From positions 1,344,001-1,408,000 of the forward strand of contig CBDIID010000003.1 in assembly GCA_965279515.1 (NCBI GenBank): DNA of 64,000 nt, read 5' to 3'. Within the stretch, counting starts at the first letter, position 1. Each line of letters opens with the position of its first letter. Shown here one piece after another: positions 39,412-49,079 of this stretch. The DNA is from Turneriella sp. Its GTDB lineage: Bacteria > Spirochaetota > Leptospiria > Turneriellales > Turneriellaceae. The notes below the pieces were generated by a model, which had not been told where the DNA came from, ran no database searches, and worked only from the letters and a program-made list of their open reading frames with translations. The translations under genes and the position numbers were made by a program.

Positions 39412-39426
39412 TGGTTCGCCTTTTGC
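39412..39426 (+). promoter_or_regulatory. Sigma54 -24/-12 promoter
   Basis: TGGTTC-GCCTT-TTGC, with correct GG-N10-GC spacing. Confidence 0.6.
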
Positions 39427-39439
39427 TTGCACAAAGTTT

Positions 39440-40642
39440 ATGAAAACATTCAAAGACTTCTTAAACGCCGGGAGTTTCAGAACTCTCTTCAGCGCATTTT
39501 TATATTTCGATATCAGCTTCATGGTCTGGGTCATGCTCGGCGCACTGGGCGCAGTCATCGCCGAGCAGTTCCATCTCACATCCGCACAAAAGGGACTCAT
39601 GGTTTCGATTCCCCTTCTGGGCGGCACACTGCTGCGCATTCCGATGGGCATCCTCTCGGACCGCTTCGGCTCACGCCGCGTCGCGATGGTAGGTCAAATC
39701 ATCACTCTCATACCGCTCATCTGGGGATGGCTCGCCGGTAACAGCATGACTGAAATTTACGGGCTCGGCATTCTTTTGGGCGTCGCGGGCGCAAGTTTTG
39801 CTGTCGCACTGCCTCTCGCCAGCCGCTGGTATCCGCCACAATACCAGGGCCTTGTCATGGGGATTGCCGGCGCCGGAAACAGCGGCACCGTGATCGCGAC
39901 ATTTTTCGCACCCCGCCTCGCGAAAATGTACGGCTGGCACGCAGTCTTCGGAATCGCGCTGATACCGATGGTGCTGATGGCCATCGCATTTTTCTTTTTG
40001 GCGAAAGATGCACCAGTGCCTTATGTAAAGAAAAAACCCGGAGCCTACTTCGCACCGATCAAATCGCGCGACGCCGTTTTATTCTCGCTCTTTTACAGCA
40101 TCACCTTCGGCGGCTTCGTCGGCCTCGCAAGCTTTCTGCCGATTTTCTTTACCGACCAGTTTAAGCTCGATAAGATCAGCGCCGGCAACTGCACTGCGGC
40201 CTGCGTCATGGCCGGCAGTTTTGTTCGCCCGATCGGCGGTTATCTCGCCGACCGTTTCGGCGGTGTGAATGTACTGACCGGCATCTATGGCGTCATCGCC
40301 TCGCTCGCGCTTGCGATCTCGATCATGCCCGGCCTCGAACTCACACTCGCGCTCTTCATCGCAATGATGCTCGCTCTCGGTACCGGCAACGGTTCTGTCT
40401 TCCAGCTTGTACCGCTGCGCTTTAAGAGCGAAGTGGGAGTGATCACCGGGTTCGTCGGTGCCTTCGGTGGTTTGGGCGGCTTTTTACTCCCCAACCTTCT
40501 GGGTTCGCTGAAGGGCATGACACAGACGTATGCCACGGGCTTTGTCGTGTTCGCGGCGCTCGCTCTCACCGCCGGCATGCTGCTTTTCTGGATCAATGCC
40601 ATCGTCTGGCGCAACGATGAGTGGAAAGAGGTAGAGGTTTAA
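39440..40642 (+). CDS. narK: Nitrate/nitrite MFS transporter (NarK/NasA family)
   Basis: FLYFDISFMVW, GASFAVALPLASRWYP, GAGNSG, GTGNGSVFQLVP. Confidence 0.93.
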   Translation: MKTFKDFLNAGSFRTLFSAFLYFDISFMVWVMLGALGAVIAEQFHLTSAQKGLMVSIPLLGGTLLRIPMGILSDRFGSRRVAMVGQIITLIPLIWGWLAGNSMTEIYGLGILLGVAGASFAVALPLASRWYPPQYQGLVMGIAGAGNSGTVIATFFAPRLAKMYGWHAVFGIALIPMVLMAIAFFFLAKDAPVPYVKKKPGAYFAPIKSRDAVLFSLFYSITFGGFVGLASFLPIFFTDQFKLDKISAGNCTAACVMAGSFVRPIGGYLADRFGGVNVLTGIYGVIASLALAISIMPGLELTLALFIAMMLALGTGNGSVFQLVPLRFKSEVGVITGFVGAFGGLGGFLLPNLLGSLKGMTQTYATGFVVFAALALTAGMLLFWINAIVWRNDEWKEVEV

Positions 40643-40679
40643 CCCCACCCCAGCCCTCCCCTTATAGGGGAGGGAGCAG
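40643..40679 (+). repeat. C/G-rich REP-like palindrome
   Basis: CCCCACCCCAG-CCCTCCCCT-TAT-AGGGGAGGG-AGCAG between narK and nirA. Confidence 0.75.
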
Positions 40680-40687
40680 GAAATACC

Positions 40688-42379
40688 ATGGAATTCAATC
40701 CGGAACAGAAAAAAGTTTTAGACGAAATCTTTGCCGAAGCATACGGCAAAGGCCGCCAGGCCGCGGGTGTAACGGCAACGGCGGCGCCTGCTGCCGAGTC
40801 AGTCTACGGCACTCCGCTAGCAGATCTCTGTAAAGAAGAAATCTGGAAAAAAGAAGAGCATGGCCTCGACATCTGGGAAAAACTCATGCGCCATGCGGGT
40901 GGCAACGAGTTTCCTCAGGGCGGCGATGTTTTCCGTTTTAAATTCCATGGCCTCTTTTACGTGGCACCTGCGCAGAATGCCTTCATGCTGCGCCTGCGGA
41001 TTCCCGGCTGCAAGCTGACTTCGGCGCAAGCCGAGGCCATCGCCGAAATCACCGAGCGCTGGGGTTCGGGCCAGGTCGATGTCACGACGCGCGGCAATTT
41101 CCAGATGCGCGAAATTCAGGCGAAAAATATTATTTCGGTGCTCACGCGCCTCTATGATTCAGGCCTGACTTCCAAAGGTTCGGGTGCCGATAACATCCGC
41201 AACATCACCGCTTCGCCGACCTCGGGGTTTGATCCCAACGAAATGGTCGATGTCATGCCCTATGCGCTCTCGCTGCACCACTACATACTCAACAACCGCG
41301 AGCTCTATGGCCTGCCACGCAAATTCAACGTCTCTTTCGACAATGGCGGCGCGGTCAGCGTTGCTGTCGATACCAATGATATTGGTTTTGTTCCCGTAAA
41401 AATCCACAACGATCCCGAACTCGCCGACGGCGTCTATTTCCGTGTGCTCCTGGCCGGCATCACCGGCCACCAGCATTTCGCGCGCGACGCGGGTATTCTT
41501 GTGAAGCCCGACGATGCGGTGACACTCGCGGTCGCGATGATCAAAGTTTTCATCGCAAACGGCGACCGAACGAACCGAAAAAGAGCCCGCCTCATCTATC
41601 TGCTTGAGAAATGGGGTGTACAAAAGTATCTCGATGAAACTCAAAAGCTGCTTTCGTTTCCGCTGATTTATTCTGCCGCCGAGAAACATCCGGCGAACAC
41701 CTTCAAGGTGCCGCATGGCCATGTCGGCATGTACCGCCAGGCCGAGCAGGGTTTCAACTATGCGGGCATCGGCGTTCCCGTCGGCCGTCTCTCGGCCCGC
41801 CAGCTTAAAGGCATCGCAAATCTCGCGACCAAATTTGGCAAGGGGGATCTAAGGCTGACTGTGTGGCAGAACATCATCGTGCCATATATCGCCGATAAAG
41901 ACGTCGCGAAATTTTCAAAAGAGCTGGGGGCTTTATCACTGAGCTGCCACGGCTCGGCGCTTTCGGGCGGCATCATCGCCTGCACCGGCAACACCGGCTG
42001 TAAATTCGCCGGGGCGAATACCAAAGACACCGCACTCAGCACGATCGACTACCTCGAAAAACGCGTCACACTCGACAAACCTGTGAATATCCACTTCACC
42101 GGCTGCTCGCATAGCTGCGCGCAGCACTATATTGGCGACATTGGCCTGATGGGTGTGCCGATCTCCGGTGGCGAGGGTTTTAACATCGCTTTGGGCGGCG
42201 GCCTCGACGCCACGCAGGCGATCGCCACCGAAGTTTTCTGGAAGGTACCGCGCGAAGCGGTGCCGCAGAAACTCGAAAAGATCCTGACTATCTATAAAGA
42301 GAAGCGCAGCGACGGCGAAACCTTTGCCGCCTTCACACGCCGCCACGACGTCAAAACTTTACAGGAGATTTTTTCATGA
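40688..42379 (+). CDS. nirA: Siroheme/4Fe-4S nitrite reductase (NirA type)
   Basis: MLRLRIPG, TTRGNFQ, GADNIRN, LPRKFN, ACTGNTGC, TGCSHSC. Confidence 0.92.
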   Translation: MEFNPEQKKVLDEIFAEAYGKGRQAAGVTATAAPAAESVYGTPLADLCKEEIWKKEEHGLDIWEKLMRHAGGNEFPQGGDVFRFKFHGLFYVAPAQNAFMLRLRIPGCKLTSAQAEAIAEITERWGSGQVDVTTRGNFQMREIQAKNIISVLTRLYDSGLTSKGSGADNIRNITASPTSGFDPNEMVDVMPYALSLHHYILNNRELYGLPRKFNVSFDNGGAVSVAVDTNDIGFVPVKIHNDPELADGVYFRVLLAGITGHQHFARDAGILVKPDDAVTLAVAMIKVFIANGDRTNRKRARLIYLLEKWGVQKYLDETQKLLSFPLIYSAAEKHPANTFKVPHGHVGMYRQAEQGFNYAGIGVPVGRLSARQLKGIANLATKFGKGDLRLTVWQNIIVPYIADKDVAKFSKELGALSLSCHGSALSGGIIACTGNTGCKFAGANTKDTALSTIDYLEKRVTLDKPVNIHFTGCSHSCAQHYIGDIGLMGVPISGGEGFNIALGGGLDATQAIATEVFWKVPREAVPQKLEKILTIYKEKRSDGETFAAFTRRHDVKTLQEIFS

Positions 42380-44037
42380 TTCCCGTGATCCCTGAATCCG
42401 CGCCGTTTACCGCCGAGCAGCGCACCTGGCTGAATGGATATCTCGCGGGCCTCTTCGCCCGCCATGATTACGGCAATGCCATAACAACCGAGACCTCACA
42501 ACAGCTGATTCCGCTGACCATCCTCTATGGTTCACAGACCGGAACCGCTGAATCACTGGCAAAACAATTGGCAAAGACCGCAGCCACAAAACAGTTCGTT
42601 GCCACCGTGGTCGATATGGCCCAGGTGAATGCAGACATTCTTAGCTGCGCTAAACATCTCTTCATTATTACCAGCACCTATGGCGACGGCGAACCTCCCG
42701 ATAATGCGAAGGATTTCTGGACCGCTCTCAGCGCCGATAATTTTCCGAAATTCCAGGCCACACCATTTTCTATCTTTGCGTTGGGTGACACGAGTTACGA
42801 GAAATTCTGCCAGTTCGGCAAAGACCTTGACCTGCGCCTCGAATCACTCGGCGCTAAACGCATCTATGAACGTATCGACGCCGATACAGACTATGAGCAG
42901 GCCTTCCAAACCTGGTGCGCCGGTGCCCTGGGGGCGTTATCGGGTGTAGCTTCGGAGGGTGGATTCATGTCGCAGGGAGGCGACGCAGAGCCATCGGCTG
43001 ACAGGATGTCATCTTTGCCGATGGCTTCAGATGCTAAACCGGGCGCGGTCACATCTGCAGCCCTTTCTGCTGAAGAAACAGGGGAGCAATACTCGAAAAA
43101 GAAACCTTTTCCTGCAAAACTCATCACCAACCGGCTGCTGAACCTGGCGGGCTCTGAAAAAGAAGTCCGGCATTTTGAAATCCAACTGGATAATTCGATC
43201 ACGTACGAGGCAGGCGATGCGCTGGGCGTGATTCCGCAAAATAACCCCGCACTTGCGGAAAAAGTCATTCGCAAATTCGGCTTCACCCCGGACGACTCCC
43301 TGATGAAGGCGCTGACCGAAACATTTGACCTCAAGAAACTGCCTGAGAGCGCCGCAACGCCGGATGAGCTACTCGCGGGGCTTAAAAAAATTCAGCCACG
43401 GCTCTATTCGATCTCATCGAGCCCGAAAGCCCATAAAAATGAAGTACACCTCACGATCTCGGTGGTACGCTACGAACTCGAGGGAGAAAAGAAAGAAGGC
43501 CTGTGCTCAACCTTTCTCGCCGACCGCGTCGGCGAGGCGGCATTACCGGTCTATGTCCACAAGAACTCCGCCTTTCGCTTGCCCGCAGATTTAACCAAAC
43601 CCGTCATCATGGTCGGTCCAGGCACGGGCATCGCGCCCTTCCGTGCTTTTCTCGAAGAGCGCCGCGCCACTGGCGCGACCGGCAAAAATATGCTCTTTTT
43701 CGGAGAGCAACGCTCGGCGTCGGATTTCTACTACCGCGACGAACTCGAAGCGATGGTCAAGGACGATTTCCTGACATTGCACACAGCCTTCTCGCGCGAC
43801 CAGAAAGAGAAGATCTATGTGCAGCAGCGCATGCTCGAAAATTCCGTGCAGATTTTCGAGCTGCTGGAGCAAGGCGCATATTTCTATGTCTGCGGCGATG
43901 CTTCGCGCATGGCTAAGGATGTGGATTTAGCGCTCCACAAGATAATCGAACGTTCCTCGGGAAGGACGATCGATGAGGCGCAAGAGTACATGCAAAAACT
44001 GCGCAGCGCGAAGCGGTATCTGCGCGACGTGTATTGA
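42376..44037 (+). CDS. CysJ-like diflavin flavoprotein (FMN/FAD/NADPH)
   Basis: YGSQTGTAE, TSTYGDGEPPDN, LGDTSY, PRLYSISS, GPGTGIAPF, YVCGDA, RDVY. Confidence 0.92.
   Translation: MIPVIPESAPFTAEQRTWLNGYLAGLFARHDYGNAITTETSQQLIPLTILYGSQTGTAESLAKQLAKTAATKQFVATVVDMAQVNADILSCAKHLFIITSTYGDGEPPDNAKDFWTALSADNFPKFQATPFSIFALGDTSYEKFCQFGKDLDLRLESLGAKRIYERIDADTDYEQAFQTWCAGALGALSGVASEGGFMSQGGDAEPSADRMSSLPMASDAKPGAVTSAALSAEETGEQYSKKKPFPAKLITNRLLNLAGSEKEVRHFEIQLDNSITYEAGDALGVIPQNNPALAEKVIRKFGFTPDDSLMKALTETFDLKKLPESAATPDELLAGLKKIQPRLYSISSSPKAHKNEVHLTISVVRYELEGEKKEGLCSTFLADRVGEAALPVYVHKNSAFRLPADLTKPVIMVGPGTGIAPFRAFLEERRATGATGKNMLFFGEQRSASDFYYRDELEAMVKDDFLTLHTAFSRDQKEKIYVQQRMLENSVQIFELLEQGAYFYVCGDASRMAKDVDLALHKIIERSSGRTIDEAQEYMQKLRSAKRYLRDVY
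42941..43043. repeat. Branched palindromic insert in the flavodoxin-FNR linker
   Basis: GTCGC-AGGGAG-GCGAC and AGCCATCGGC-[TGAC-AGGAT-GTCA]-TCTTT-GCCGATGGCT, with an imperfect outer stem. Confidence 0.7.
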
Positions 44038-44254
44038 TTTTTTGTCCGCTTATCGTTCGTTATCCGTATATTTTTTATCCCTAACAAGGGAGGCATATAT
44101 GATTTTAACTGCCTCAAGTCTCCATCGTCAATAGCGGCCCCGCTATTGTATTCCAGTAATATCCCAACCGCACCCGGTAAAACGGCTGCGGTCATTCGCA
44201 AAGCGTAACCTGCGCTAAACCAGGTGTGCGTTTTGAACTAACTTAAGGAAAGAC

Positions 44255-46465
44255 ATGTCCTCATTCGTGAAGGCAAAAGCAGAGTTTACCATGACGCTGC
44301 GCAACACCCGTGCGCATTCGTTCGACGATTTAGCAGCGTTTTATGAGTGCGAAAACACGCACGTGGCACATGCGTCCGTAAGACACGTGTGTGCAAACGC
44401 GCCACAACCCGGCACATTTAACCTGCGCCACAGCAATTTTGCGCGCTTTGTGCGGCCTTTATTTGCGGTCGTCGAGCCGGTGCGCCACGCGCGTATCGTC
44501 GCTCTCTTCCACGGATTAGCGCTGCACCGCGAGACAAATTTGTCGTTGGCCGTGACGCGTCTTCTGGCCTCAGATGCTGCCGAGCATAGCCCTGCGTGGT
44601 GCGCATTCGCCGGAAAAATCAGGCCCAACCGCAGAGCCGTATTCTTAACGCTGCTTGCCGAAACCGGCCTCGGCCAGACGCAGTTTCAGGCCAGCTATGC
44701 GGATTTTTTCCTGGAAATTGATTATCTGGCAACGCGTTATGATTACGCCGCGTGGATGTTCATTGCCTGCAAGGGTTTGCTTGCAAAAGTCAGCATGAAC
44801 TATCTTATCAGCGGCTTTCGGATCGCCCATGAATTCAACGGAAACTTTTCATTTTCGGCATTGCAGGATTGCGCTGATTTTGACGCTACTGCATTGCAAC
44901 GCTGCTTCGCCCATATCTGCAAGTCCCCGGATTTTTACCCCGGGCTACCCTGCTCCGTGTGGCGCTGGTGCGCCGAGTTGCCGGGCCTGAACCAGCTCAT
45001 CGGACAAGTCAACTGGAGCCGGTTACGTCCGAAAGATGCGCAAAAGCTACTCCACCTCATGTACGGTATGGTGCACGAAAATCTGGCACAAGATAAAATC
45101 GACGCTAAATGGCGTGTATTTAAACAGCAATTTCCGGCAACCCTGAAATCCGTGTATGCAATTCCTTCAGCATACCGCCGAAAAGCCATCGACCTCTGGG
45201 AAGATTTCTACTGGTACCTGGACGATCCGCAAATATTAAAACACCGCCATGGGGAATTCTCAGCAATTGTGCGGCAAATGTGCCGGCCACCGTTCAGCAA
45301 GGAAAACTCCATCGGAACAATATTGTGCGCGCTTCTCGCCAGCACGGCATCGCAACGCGTTCAGATCAGACAGGCGACGGGGCTGAGGAATCTCGAAAAA
45401 TTCTGCAGATCCCAGAATACCGCCTGGCTTGTGAAAAAAGGCATTCCGGCGTTGAGGAGAATATTTCCTGAATATGCCGCAGCGCTGCTGACAGACGGCA
45501 ATCCCCGGCTTCTGGAAATTGCCCGGCTCCTCGGTTGCCTGGGCCGCAAGCAGCGCTACGATGCCTTGTCGGGCGCAAAGAGCTGCGCAGTCATGTCGCT
45601 TGAAGCTGCGCCAGAAAATCTCGGCGGAACGCTCAGCGTCATCGATGCGCATCTGACACCGGAAATTCAAAACCCGGTACCGAAAAAACTCAGGGCGTTC
45701 GCAAGGGGGGAGATCCCACTGAGTACAAAGGCCCTGACTGTTCAGATAAACAGGCTCGCATCGAAGCTCGCTCATTTCAGGTTGCATTTTCTCGCCTACC
45801 GCATTCGCGACAGCGTGCGGCAGCACTACGGCGCAGCGCGGCGTGAACTCGACCATGCGCTGCTGCTGACAAACCTGATTTCCGAGAACCGTAAGGCGCT
45901 GCGCAAATTTTTGTCAGCGTATATCAGCGGTGATGGTGATTATGTGCAAGCACACCCCGCGACGCGGCTTTGGTTTCAGAAGGCGCCGGCTTTTGACCAG
46001 CGTGTGTGGCGCGCTGGTATGGAGCTGTGCATCCACGACGAGGCGGTGGGCGAGATTCGCATTGCGATCGAACACGATCCGCTGGAGAAGCTGAAGCTCG
46101 GTACGTATGTGGGTAGTTGCCTCGGTCTCGGCGGCAGCTTTATGTTTTCCGCGGCGGCGGTGGTGCTCGACGCCAACAAGCACGTGGTCTATGCGCGTGA
46201 CCGTACCGGCCGCGTTGTGGCGCGGCAACTGGTCTGCATGTCAGACGAGGGCAAACTTGTGCCTTTCTCCGTGTATCCCGTCGGCACGACGGCGGCGATG
46301 CAGGCGCATTTCGCGGCCTTCGACCGCGCATTCGCCGCGGCGCTGGGCGTGGACTGTTACGAGGCCGACCGCGGTGAAGATTATACGATTAAAAACATTC
46401 TTTCCCAAGACTGGTGGGATGATGGCGTCTGGGACCTCAATGCCGCTGCGGATAGCCCGCTTTAA
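44255..46465 (+). CDS. Hypothetical protein (736 aa) with a conserved-looking C-terminal domain
   Basis: Long ORF; DPLEKLKLGTYVGSCL..DANKHVVYARD..VARQL. Confidence 0.75.
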   Translation: MSSFVKAKAEFTMTLRNTRAHSFDDLAAFYECENTHVAHASVRHVCANAPQPGTFNLRHSNFARFVRPLFAVVEPVRHARIVALFHGLALHRETNLSLAVTRLLASDAAEHSPAWCAFAGKIRPNRRAVFLTLLAETGLGQTQFQASYADFFLEIDYLATRYDYAAWMFIACKGLLAKVSMNYLISGFRIAHEFNGNFSFSALQDCADFDATALQRCFAHICKSPDFYPGLPCSVWRWCAELPGLNQLIGQVNWSRLRPKDAQKLLHLMYGMVHENLAQDKIDAKWRVFKQQFPATLKSVYAIPSAYRRKAIDLWEDFYWYLDDPQILKHRHGEFSAIVRQMCRPPFSKENSIGTILCALLASTASQRVQIRQATGLRNLEKFCRSQNTAWLVKKGIPALRRIFPEYAAALLTDGNPRLLEIARLLGCLGRKQRYDALSGAKSCAVMSLEAAPENLGGTLSVIDAHLTPEIQNPVPKKLRAFARGEIPLSTKALTVQINRLASKLAHFRLHFLAYRIRDSVRQHYGAARRELDHALLLTNLISENRKALRKFLSAYISGDGDYVQAHPATRLWFQKAPAFDQRVWRAGMELCIHDEAVGEIRIAIEHDPLEKLKLGTYVGSCLGLGGSFMFSAAAVVLDANKHVVYARDRTGRVVARQLVCMSDEGKLVPFSVYPVGTTAAMQAHFAAFDRAFAAALGVDCYEADRGEDYTIKNILSQDWWDDGVWDLNAAADSPL

Positions 46466-46550
46466 ATCAGGTATTTTTACGGAACTTGCGGGGTATTTTC
46501 CCGAATTGCCATGAGCCTGCATTCAGGTTAAACCACGGCTACAAACAAAA

Positions 46551-47132
46551 ATGAAACTTTATATTCTGCTGGCGCATCCCGATAAAGAGAGCCTCAACGG
46601 CGAAATTGCCGATGCGTATTTCCGTGCCGCGACCGAAAAAGGACATGAGGTCAGGTTTCAGCACCTCGGCGGCATGACGTTTGACCCGGTGCTATGGAAA
46701 GGGTACAAGAAGATCCAACCTCTGGAGCCGGATCTAAAAAAGGCACAGGAAAATATCCTGTGGTGTGAAAAATGGGTCATCATTTATCCCGTGTGGTGGG
46801 GGTCATTGCCGGCATTACTGAAAGGTTTCCTTGACCGCGCCCTGTATTCCGGGTTCGCGTATAAGTACCACGACAAGGATCCGTTTTGGGACAAACTGCT
46901 GAAAGGCAGATCAGCGGAAATCATCGCCACCTGCGATGCCCCAGGCTGGTGGATAGCCTGGCAATACCGTAACAGCGATATAAATACTCTAAAACGGGCC
47001 ACGCTGCTATTTTGCGGAATCTCACCGGTCAAAGTAAAGCGTATCACCCGCGTGAAATATTTGAGTCAGGCCGAAAGACAAAAACGCATAGAAAAAATCT
47101 GCCGGGCGATTCCTTCTGCAAAGTCAGCGTAA
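46551..47132 (+). CDS. NAD(P)H dehydrogenase (quinone), flavodoxin-like fold
   Basis: LAHPDKESL, YPVWWGSLPALLKGFLDR. Confidence 0.92.
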   Translation: MKLYILLAHPDKESLNGEIADAYFRAATEKGHEVRFQHLGGMTFDPVLWKGYKKIQPLEPDLKKAQENILWCEKWVIIYPVWWGSLPALLKGFLDRALYSGFAYKYHDKDPFWDKLLKGRSAEIIATCDAPGWWIAWQYRNSDINTLKRATLLFCGISPVKVKRITRVKYLSQAERQKRIEKICRAIPSAKSA

Positions 47133-47134
47133 CC

Positions 47135-49033
47135 TCAGCCATACATCGAGTCGATCAGGGCCTGGTATTTTTCCGATATCACGTGCCGTTTCATCGACAT
47201 CTTCGCCGAGAGCTCATCACCCACATCAAAAGTCTTGGGCAAAAGGCGGATATCCCCCACTCTTTCGAAGGTTTTAAAGCCATTGTCTTCATTCAGCGTA
47301 TTTTTGATCTCCTGTAAAATAGCCTGCCGGATGTTTTCGCTCTTCGCCAGCTCTGCATGCGTCGCCCCCGACGCAGCGAACGGTTCGAGTGCCGGCACCA
47401 CTAACGCGCCGAGAAATTTCTGGTCCTGGCCCACGACCATGATCTGATCGATGAGCGGCGATTGTAAAAGTTTGGTCTCGATCGGCACGGGTTCGACATT
47501 TTCGCCGTTCAGCAGCACCACGGTTTCTTTCGTGCGGCCGACCAGTTTCAACGTATCGTTAAAAGTCATGATTCCCAGGTCACCTGTGTTCAGCCAGCCA
47601 TCCTCAGTCAGCACACGGCGCGTGGCTTCAGGATTTTTGTAGTAGCCTTTCATGACCTGCGGCCCACGCACATGCACCTCGCCCTTGACCCCGCGCCGTG
47701 GCGGAAAAAGAATTTTTCCGGTGTTGATGTCCACGAGGCGGAGTTCAACCTCGGGAAACAAAGAACCGACGCTACCCAGTACCAGGCGTTTCGGATTCCG
47801 AAAGACCAGACCCGGCGATGTTTCGGTGAGTCCATACCCCTCGAGCACAGGAATTCCAATCGTATTAAAAAATTCGTCGATATGCAATGGCAAGGCGCCG
47901 CCACCGGAAACTGATCCGTGCAGCTTACCTCCGGTCGCCAAACGGATTTTCTTCAACACAATCACATCGAAAAGCAGATACGGTACAAAAAACAGAAACA
48001 ACATCAGTAGGTGCCCCGCCAGCATAGACAGCGATTGAAATAGATTGCGCCCGACCAGGTCGAGCTGGTTGCCCTGCAAAAAACGCAGGCTGCGCTGCAC
48101 CCGCTCGGCGGAAAAATACGCCGCATGGAACAAGCCGCGCTTCACCGCCGAACCACTGCGGATTTTATTCCGTATCCCCGCATAGACGCTTTCCCAAAGC
48201 CGCGGCGCCGAAGCCATGAAGGTGGGTTTCACGATCGACAGATCTTCGCGCACGTTCCGCACATTCGTATAATATTGAGGCGCGCCCATCGCAATCGTGC
48301 CCATCTCGAAAACTCTCTCGAAACTATGCCAGACCGGCAGAATCGACAAGAAGCGGTCTTCGGGCCCGATGCCGATGGGGATGTTCACCAGCTGCGAAAT
48401 CATATTCGCGTGCGTGAGCATGACTCCCTTGGGCGTACCCGTGGTTCCAGAGGTATAGATAATCGTAAAGAGATCTTCCGGCTGAATACCCGCGATGCGC
48501 TCCTCTGCTCTCACGTCGCCGCCGACACGCAGGGTTTTGCCCCGGGCGATGAGATCGTACATATTATAGACGGTCGCAGTTCCTGAGTTTTTGCCATCGG
48601 CTACCCCGTGCATGACGACGATGGAGCGCACCTTCGTCAGATGCCGCAGGTTTTTTACAACGCGGCCAAGAACCGCTTCATTTTCCACGAAGACGACTTT
48701 CGCATCGGCATGCGAAACAATATACTGGATATCCCCATCGGTGACGTCCGTGCCACGCGGAACATCGGCGGCGCCGCAGAGCAGTATGCCGTAATCGGCG
48801 ATAATCCATTCGACACGGTTATCGGCCAGGATAGCCACATGTTCCCGGGCCCCGACACCGAGTTCGATGAGTGCTGTTGCCAGCGCAAGACCCGATTGGT
48901 ACAGGTCACCGAAGGTAATCCCCTCGAATTGTTTATCCCGGTTGCGCGTCAGGAAGGCGGGTTTGTCGCGGAACTTTTCGGCGGAATTGCGGTAGACTTC
49001 GGCAAGATTTTTTGCCGTAACTTTCGAACTCAT
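47135..49033 (-). CDS. Long-chain fatty acid-CoA ligase
   Basis: YTSGTTGTPKG, EGYGLTET, TGDLG, GENVEP. Confidence 0.93.
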   Translation of the reverse strand: MSSKVTAKNLAEVYRNSAEKFRDKPAFLTRNRDKQFEGITFGDLYQSGLALATALIELGVGAREHVAILADNRVEWIIADYGILLCGAADVPRGTDVTDGDIQYIVSHADAKVVFVENEAVLGRVVKNLRHLTKVRSIVVMHGVADGKNSGTATVYNMYDLIARGKTLRVGGDVRAEERIAGIQPEDLFTIIYTSGTTGTPKGVMLTHANMISQLVNIPIGIGPEDRFLSILPVWHSFERVFEMGTIAMGAPQYYTNVRNVREDLSIVKPTFMASAPRLWESVYAGIRNKIRSGSAVKRGLFHAAYFSAERVQRSLRFLQGNQLDLVGRNLFQSLSMLAGHLLMLFLFFVPYLLFDVIVLKKIRLATGGKLHGSVSGGGALPLHIDEFFNTIGIPVLEGYGLTETSPGLVFRNPKRLVLGSVGSLFPEVELRLVDINTGKILFPPRRGVKGEVHVRGPQVMKGYYKNPEATRRVLTEDGWLNTGDLGIMTFNDTLKLVGRTKETVVLLNGENVEPVPIETKLLQSPLIDQIMVVGQDQKFLGALVVPALEPFAASGATHAELAKSENIRQAILQEIKNTLNEDNGFKTFERVGDIRLLPKTFDVGDELSAKMSMKRHVISEKYQALIDSMYG

Positions 49034-49079
49034 GCGCCCAATATACCGCCGATGCGCAAATCTGCGTTGTATGAAGGGG

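Noticed and set aside
40688..44037. cysJI sulfite reductase operon
   Set aside because: The hemoprotein looks NirA-like and follows narK; no cysH/cysD/cysN
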